Shown here: positions 7,546 to 12,113 of the stretch, one piece after another | Position numbering within the stretch: the first letter of the stretch is position 1 | How the letters are laid out: each line of letters opens with the position of its first letter | Assembly: GCA_964247135.1 (NCBI GenBank) | Contig: CAXTTL010000148.1 | Location: forward strand, 1 to 12,113 | Length of the DNA stretch: 12,113 bases | Direction: 5' to 3' | Source of the DNA: an uncultured Deinococcales bacterium | GTDB lineage: Bacteria; Deinococcota; Deinococci; Deinococcales; JAAFIG01 | Notes under the pieces: model-generated | Told to the model about the DNA's origin: nothing | What the model saw: the letters and a program-made list of their open reading frames with translations, nothing else | Database searches by the model: none | Position numbers and translations under genes: made by a program

Positions 7546-8072
7546 TGCTGTATTTGCTGGGTTTTGTCGCCGCCATCATCATTCAACGCCTGCTCGAGCT
7601 TCGCGTGGCAAAACGCAACCTCGAGTTTGCACTGGCAAATGGCGGGCAGGAATTCGCGCCCGATCATTACAAATTCATTGTGTTGCTTCACGTGTCCTGG
7701 ATCGTTTTCATGCTGCTCGAGGGAATTCTTCGCGGCTCGAGCTTGAGTGGTTTTTGGTGGTTGTGGCTTGGCATTTTTGTGCTCGCGCAACTCGGGCGTT
7801 ACTGGGCGATCACCAGCCTCGGCAAATACTGGAACACCAGAATTGTTATTATTCCCGGTGGCAATCTGGTCGCCAAAGGACCTTACAAGTATTTCAAACA
7901 CCCCAATTACATTGTGGTGGCGCTCGAGCTTTTTGTTGCGCCCATGATTTTTGGCTGCTGGGTGACGGCGGTTCTCTCGAGTTTGGTCAATGCGGCGTTG
8001 CTGCTGGGGGTGCGAATTCCGGCAGAAGAACGGGCGCTGGAGGAATACCGAAAAAGCATTCAAACTGTATAG
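7545..8072 (+). CDS. Isoprenylcysteine carboxyl methyltransferase (ICMT) family protein, BpsB/SrsB-like O-methyltransferase
   Basis: QRLLELRVAKRN, GGQE...HY...V.LH, RYWAITSLGKYWNTRI, GPYKYFKHPNY, RIPAEERAL; TGATG coupling to the YIP1 gene. Confidence 0.92.
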   Translation: MLYLLGFVAAIIIQRLLELRVAKRNLEFALANGGQEFAPDHYKFIVLLHVSWIVFMLLEGILRGSSLSGFWWLWLGIFVLAQLGRYWAITSLGKYWNTRIVIIPGGNLVAKGPYKYFKHPNYIVVALELFVAPMIFGCWVTAVLSSLVNAALLLGVRIPAEERALEEYRKSIQTV

Positions 8073-8082
8073 CTCGAGATTC

Positions 8083-9045
8083 TTACTTGAACTTCCCGCG
8101 TTCGGCAAGAATACACGCCAGCGCGATGCTGTTAAATTTGGTGCTCTCAGAATCGGCTCGAGAGGTCAGCACCATCGGCGCACTCGCCCCCATGATGATG
8201 CCTGCGACTTGGGCATCGCCAAAATAGACCAGGGTTTTGTAAAAGACATTGCCCACGTCTATGTTATCGACAATTAAAATATCGGCGTGCCCTGCCACGG
8301 GCGAAACGATGCCTTTGATGCGGGCGGCTTCCTCACTGACGGCGTTATCCAGCGCCAATGGTCCGTCGATCAGTGCGCCCTTGATCTGTCCGCGATCACC
8401 CATTTTTGAGATAATCGCGTCGTCCACGGCGGTGCTCATGTCGGGGTTGACCACTTCGATGGCGGCGAGCATGGCCACTTTGGGTTTTTCGAGTCCAAGT
8501 GCGTGCGCGAGTGCCACAGAATTTTGCACAATCTCAATTTTGGCTTTAAGATCGGGTTCGATGTTCATCGCGCCGTCGGACATCAAGAACAGACGATCAA
8601 ATTTCCCTTTGGCTTCAAACACCAGCACGTGCGACAAAAGCTTGCCCGTGCGCATTCCCCATTCTTTATTTAAAACCGCCCGCAAGACCGTGGCGGTGTC
8701 GAGAAGCCCCTTCATTAAAATTTCAGCTTTGCCGCTGGTGACGGCTTGCACCGCCAATTCGGCGGCTTGGGCGTGGTCTTTGGCGTTGACAATCTCGAGT
8801 TTGTTGGGATCGATGCCCAGTTCATGGCAAATCACCCGAATTTTGGCTTCGTCCCCGAACAAAATGGGCGTTATCATGCCCTCGAGCCTGGCGTTGTGAA
8901 TCGCGCCGAGCACGTGATCGTCTTCGGCGGCGGCGACCGCCACGCGTTTTGGTCCGCGCACCTGACCGATCAGTCGCGCCAAGGAGAGCAAACCGCGCAT
9001 GGAGCTGACGGCATCGATGTTGGTGAAATCCAGTGTTTCGGTCAT
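8083..9045 (-). CDS. ptb: Phosphate butyryltransferase (PTA/PTB family)
   Basis: VAVAAAEDDHVL, ILMKGLLDT, LLSHV, PKVAMLAAIEVVNP, DGPLALDNAVS, GNVFYK, LTSRADS; directly downstream of buk. Confidence 0.9.
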   Translation of the reverse strand: MTETLDFTNIDAVSSMRGLLSLARLIGQVRGPKRVAVAAAEDDHVLGAIHNARLEGMITPILFGDEAKIRVICHELGIDPNKLEIVNAKDHAQAAELAVQAVTSGKAEILMKGLLDTATVLRAVLNKEWGMRTGKLLSHVLVFEAKGKFDRLFLMSDGAMNIEPDLKAKIEIVQNSVALAHALGLEKPKVAMLAAIEVVNPDMSTAVDDAIISKMGDRGQIKGALIDGPLALDNAVSEEAARIKGIVSPVAGHADILIVDNIDVGNVFYKTLVYFGDAQVAGIIMGASAPMVLTSRADSESTKFNSIALACILAERGKFK

Positions 9046-9056
9046 GATTGGCTCCG

Positions 9057-10184
9057 TTAAATGGGAATTTGAAAGTCTAAAGCCGCCTCGAGGTTGTAAA
9101 GCACCCGTCCTGCGCCCTCAGCCAGGGCTTCCATCTCGAGTTCGCCTGGAATCACCACCACGGGCGCAATCCAACCCAGGCGCGTCTCGAGGCGCTGCAT
9201 CAAGCTGGTCCAATGGGCGGCGGTGCCAGTGAGCACGATGGCGTCTGGACGCCCTGGGCTGGCGGCGGCATACGCGCCAACATTTTTGGCGATTTGATGC
9301 ACGTAAGCGTTGATGGCTTCGCGCGTCGGCTGGTCTTGTACCGCACGGCTTTCAATCACTTTCAAATCGCTGGTGCCCAACATGCCCTGAAAACCACTTT
9401 GACGCCGCAATTGAAACTCGAGAATGTCGCGCGGCAGGCTGTACGCCAGATCGAGCAAACCCTCAATCGGCAAGGTCCCAGCCCGTTCGCTCGAGAATGG
9501 ACCCTCGTCGAGCAGAGCGCCCGTCGTGTCGATGGCGCGACCGTTTTGAAAACTGGTGACGCTCGAGCCTCCGCCCAAATGCGCGACCACGATGGTCGAA
9601 TCTTCAAAACGCTTGCCGATCTCAATGGCGGCGCGGCGTGCCACCGCCCTGGCGTTCAGCGCATGAAAACGACTGCGGCGGCTGAGGTACGGCACGCCCG
9701 TCACCCGAGCCTCGGGCAGCAGTTCGTCCACGGTGGGTGGGTCTACCAGATAGGCGGGAACGCCAAATAGTTCCGCCCACTCGAGCGCCAACCGCGCCCC
9801 GTAATTCGAGGCGTGAATGCCGTTTTTATGCAGCAAACTGTACTGCGCCAGTTGTTTGGTCACACGGTATGTTCCGGCGGCGCACGGTCCGAGCAAACCC
9901 GCCCGACAAGAAACCGCATCAGGTTTTGTCCATTCGGTGCTGGCTTGCTTGATAAAAGCCCGAATCGCCTCCATCGCATCGCTATCCAAACCCACCGGCG
10001 CGTCTAGGGCTGTTCCATCCAGCGACAGGGCGGCTGCACCGTGTTCAGAATCTCGGGCTTTGAGGGTCGAGTGTTGCAACTCGAGTTTTTCGACCACGGC
10101 GGTCACGCCCTTGTTGTTGGCGGTCACGGTTGCCAACCCAAGTTTGGTCGAGGTTGAGCCTGGGTTGAGGACGTAAACGATCAT
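9057..10184 (-). CDS. buk: Butyrate kinase (acetate/butyrate kinase family)
   Basis: LNPGSTSTK, HASNYG, VDPPTVDE, FHALN, HLGGG, EGPFSSERAG, PGELEMEALA; TATCCT-N7-ATG leaderless-type start. Confidence 0.88.
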   Translation of the reverse strand: MIVYVLNPGSTSTKLGLATVTANNKGVTAVVEKLELQHSTLKARDSEHGAAALSLDGTALDAPVGLDSDAMEAIRAFIKQASTEWTKPDAVSCRAGLLGPCAAGTYRVTKQLAQYSLLHKNGIHASNYGARLALEWAELFGVPAYLVDPPTVDELLPEARVTGVPYLSRRSRFHALNARAVARRAAIEIGKRFEDSTIVVAHLGGGSSVTSFQNGRAIDTTGALLDEGPFSSERAGTLPIEGLLDLAYSLPRDILEFQLRRQSGFQGMLGTSDLKVIESRAVQDQPTREAINAYVHQIAKNVGAYAAASPGRPDAIVLTGTAAHWTSLMQRLETRLGWIAPVVVIPGELEMEALAEGAGRVLYNLEAALDFQIPI

Positions 10185-10212
10185 TGCGCACAGGATAGCA
10201 TTTCGGTTACAC

Positions 10213-11304
10213 CTAAATTCTCGAGTAACGCCCCCCTGGCAGCTCGAGGATGACGTTTTTGAGTTTCAGCATCATCAAAATCGATTGCGCGGCGGGCATG
10301 GCTAAACCCGTCCGAAGCACAATGTCATCGACCAGCAGCGCATCGTCGAGCGCGGCATAAACCCTGGCTTCGTCTCCCTCGAGACTCGGGGCGGCGGACG
10401 GCGTGACCGAACCCCAGCGCATCTCCTCCAAAATGTCTGATACCGATTCGATCAAGACCGCGCCTTCTTTGATCAAACGGTTCGGTCCCTTGGAATTGCT
10501 CTCACCTGGGCGTCCTGGCATGGCAAAAACCGTGCGTCCAGCCTCGAGCGCGGCAACGGCGGTGATCAAACTGCCCGAATCCAGATCGCCCTCGATGACC
10601 ACCGTGCCGCTCGAGAGTCCGGCAATGATTCGGTTGCGGGCTGGGAAATTGTGCGCGGCGGGTCGGGTGCCAATCGGGTACGCCGACACCAAGGTCAGTT
10701 GATTGGCGAGGGCGCTGTTCTCGCTGGGGTAAATATGATCCACGCCGCTGCCCAGCACCCCGATGCTCCTGCCGCCCGCTTCAACGCTCGAGCGGTGCGC
10801 CTCGGTGTCAATCCCTCGAGCCAAGCCCGAAACCACGATCACCCCCGCCAACGCGAGTTCTCTGGCGAGTTTGGCGGTAAAGGCTTTGGCGTGAGGGCTA
10901 CACTTGCGCGTGCCGACAATGCCAATCGAGTGCGGGGTCACGCCGATCAGTTCCTCGAGCGCGGTGACATCGCCGCGCACCCACAGCACGGGCGGCGGAT
11001 CGTAAATGGCTTTCAGCGCCGCAGGATAATTTGCACTCGAGCTGGCAATCACTTGCACATCGAGTCTTAAAGCCCGTTCCAGTTCGGTGGTCGCCCGTTC
11101 CAAACTCTGGCTCGAGCCGATCCCCGCAATGCTTTTGGAATCCAGCCCTGGCACGTCGCGCAACTGCATCAGTTTTGTCTCGAGCACCGTTTGGGCGTTA
11201 GAAAAATGATCGAGCAAGGTTTTGATGCGCACCGGACCAAGTCCAGGAGTAAAATCGAGCGCCAACATCGCATGGGTTTCGGGGTCGTGAAGAAGTTGAG
11301 TCAT
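10213..11304 (-). CDS. dprA: DNA-processing protein DprA (Smf)
   Basis: N-terminal PGLGPVR helix-hairpin region, YPAALKAIYDPPPVLWVRG, IVGTR, VSGLARGIDTEAH, FPARNRIIAGLS, SGSLITA, GPNRLIKEGA and a C-terminal winged-helix region. Confidence 0.96.
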   Translation of the reverse strand: MTQLLHDPETHAMLALDFTPGLGPVRIKTLLDHFSNAQTVLETKLMQLRDVPGLDSKSIAGIGSSQSLERATTELERALRLDVQVIASSSANYPAALKAIYDPPPVLWVRGDVTALEELIGVTPHSIGIVGTRKCSPHAKAFTAKLARELALAGVIVVSGLARGIDTEAHRSSVEAGGRSIGVLGSGVDHIYPSENSALANQLTLVSAYPIGTRPAAHNFPARNRIIAGLSSGTVVIEGDLDSGSLITAVAALEAGRTVFAMPGRPGESNSKGPNRLIKEGAVLIESVSDILEEMRWGSVTPSAAPSLEGDEARVYAALDDALLVDDIVLRTGLAMPAAQSILMMLKLKNVILELPGGRYSRI

Positions 11305-11388
11305 GGTTGAGGCATCATCTTATGATGAATTGGTAAAACCAAGAGGTCAAAGCGCAAACGTACCAAATCCCAAAAAACTGAATTCGAG

Positions 11389-11416
11389 GCAAGGGCGCAT
11401 GTCCATGCGCCCCTAC
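11389..11416 (-). repeat. REP-like 28-bp palindrome overlapping the ABC permease stop codon
   Basis: Minus strand GTAG-GGGCGCATG-GA-CATGCGCCC-TTGC: a GTAG tetranucleotide followed by a GC-rich hairpin, the hallmark REP layout. Confidence 0.65.
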
Positions 11417-12113
11417 TCGTAACGAAACACCCTCGAACCGACCAGCAAAAACAAGAATCCAAAGCCGATCAAGATCAAGGTGCTGGGCAGAACACTCGAG
11501 AAATTTGCGCCGCGCAAAATCACGTCTTGCAGGGCGTTCATGCCCCAATATGTTGGAAGTATTTTGGCAAGGGTCTGCATCCAGACTGGGGTGACATCGA
11601 GTGGCCACCACAAACCGCCAAGCGCACTGGTGACAGTGACTGCCAGGGTGCTAAAGCTGGTTAACTGGGCTGAAGTGCGGGTCAGTGCGGCGGTCAGACC
11701 ACCGAAGCTTGACGCCATAAAACCAAACGCCAGCACGGGCGGCAAGAGCGCCGAAATGCTGCCCCAGTGCACACCCAACGCCAGGCTCGAGAAGGCGATC
11801 ATGGCAAAGAGTTGCAGAATCAGGATAAAGGCGTTGCCCAAAAGTTTTCCGAACATCACCGCGCCCCAGCCGACGGGTGCGGCAAAAAGTCGCGCCAGCG
11901 TGCCGCCGCTGCGTTCGCGTTGCAACGCCAAGCCGGTTTGCGCCCCGAACAGCAAGGCAAACATTAAGGTCATGCCTGGTGCGGTCTGGCTCGAGCCGCT
12001 GGCTTCGGCGGTGCTGGAGCTGGCGTTCGCCAAAATTTGTTCGACGTTGACTTCAAATAGGTTGTCGTTCAACAGACCGCTGGCTCTTTTGGCGGCATCC
12101 GTTTGCACCGTCT
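11413..12113 (-). CDS. ABC-2 type transporter permease, 3' portion (5' end outside window)
   Basis: ERSGGTLARLFAAPV, GKLLG, LGGLWWPLDVTPVWMQTLAKILPTYW and several TM helices; the frame stays open to the window edge. Confidence 0.92.
   Translation of the reverse strand, partial: TVQTDAAKRASGLLNDNLFEVNVEQILANASSSTAEASGSSQTAPGMTLMFALLFGAQTGLALQRERSGGTLARLFAAPVGWGAVMFGKLLGNAFILILQLFAMIAFSSLALGVHWGSISALLPPVLAFGFMASSFGGLTAALTRTSAQLTSFSTLAVTVTSALGGLWWPLDVTPVWMQTLAKILPTYWGMNALQDVILRGANFSSVLPSTLILIGFGFLFLLVGSRVFRYE

Larger units (their letters stand above)
81..11995. repeat. Highly iterated dispersed palindrome CTCGAG (about 72 copies)
   Basis: Manual count about 72, first at 81-86 and last at 11990-11995. 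Expectation at about 54% GC is roughly 3-4. Confidence 0.92.

Noticed and set aside
6981-7592. CTCGAG-free YIP1 gene as evidence of recent acquisition
   Set aside because: Gaps of similar size occur at 3434-4162 and 8163-8793, and a Glu-poor membrane protein offers few sites; not distinguishable from chance.
11320-11336. TTATGATGAATTGGTAA as a Deinococcus radiation-desiccation response motif (RDRM) upstream of dprA
   Set aside because: Only the outer bases match; the right half lacks the AAC(G/A) core of the palindromic consensus.
11315-11611. 98-aa minus-strand ORF between the permease and dprA
   Set aside because: Alternative frame overlapping the permease 3' end and crossing the REP-like hairpin; no coding signals.
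81-11995. CTCGAG as an XhoI cloning or concatemer artefact
   Set aside because: Sites sit inside intact, full-length conserved ORFs in all three frames, with no breaks in protein motifs.
1-12113. CRISPR array, tRNA or rRNA
   Set aside because: No regularly spaced 25-40 bp direct repeats and no cloverleaf or rRNA-like segment; intergenic gaps are under 180 bp.

Overview
Gene-dense bacterial chromosomal segment, GC roughly mid-50s% by eye. Gene content and repeated TAnnnT-N6-8-start (leaderless) promoters suggest a Deinococcota/Deinococcales host (inference). Left to right: the decayed right end of an IS3-family element that has interrupted a small AT-rich gene missing from the ORF track (DUF2971-like N-terminus); a divergent NAD(P)-binding F420-oxidoreductase-family gene / TetR pair with two palindromic operators; a Tat-signal ferritin-like protein; a small membrane-anchored hypothetical; a metallophosphoesterase; a small membrane protein; a cluster of nitroreductase, type III polyketide synthase, hypothetical, YIP1 and ICMT-like methyltransferase (BpsA/BpsB- or SrsA/SrsB-like); convergent ptb, buk and dprA; and the 3' part of an ABC-2 permease. 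The strongest unexplained signal is the palindrome CTCGAG. I counted about 72 copies by hand (about 6 per kb, roughly 20x random expectation), in all three reading frames, in most intergenic gaps and inside terminator stems, which resembles a highly iterated palindrome (HIP) system. Two 28-bp REP-like palindromes of the same architecture also overlap stop codons.
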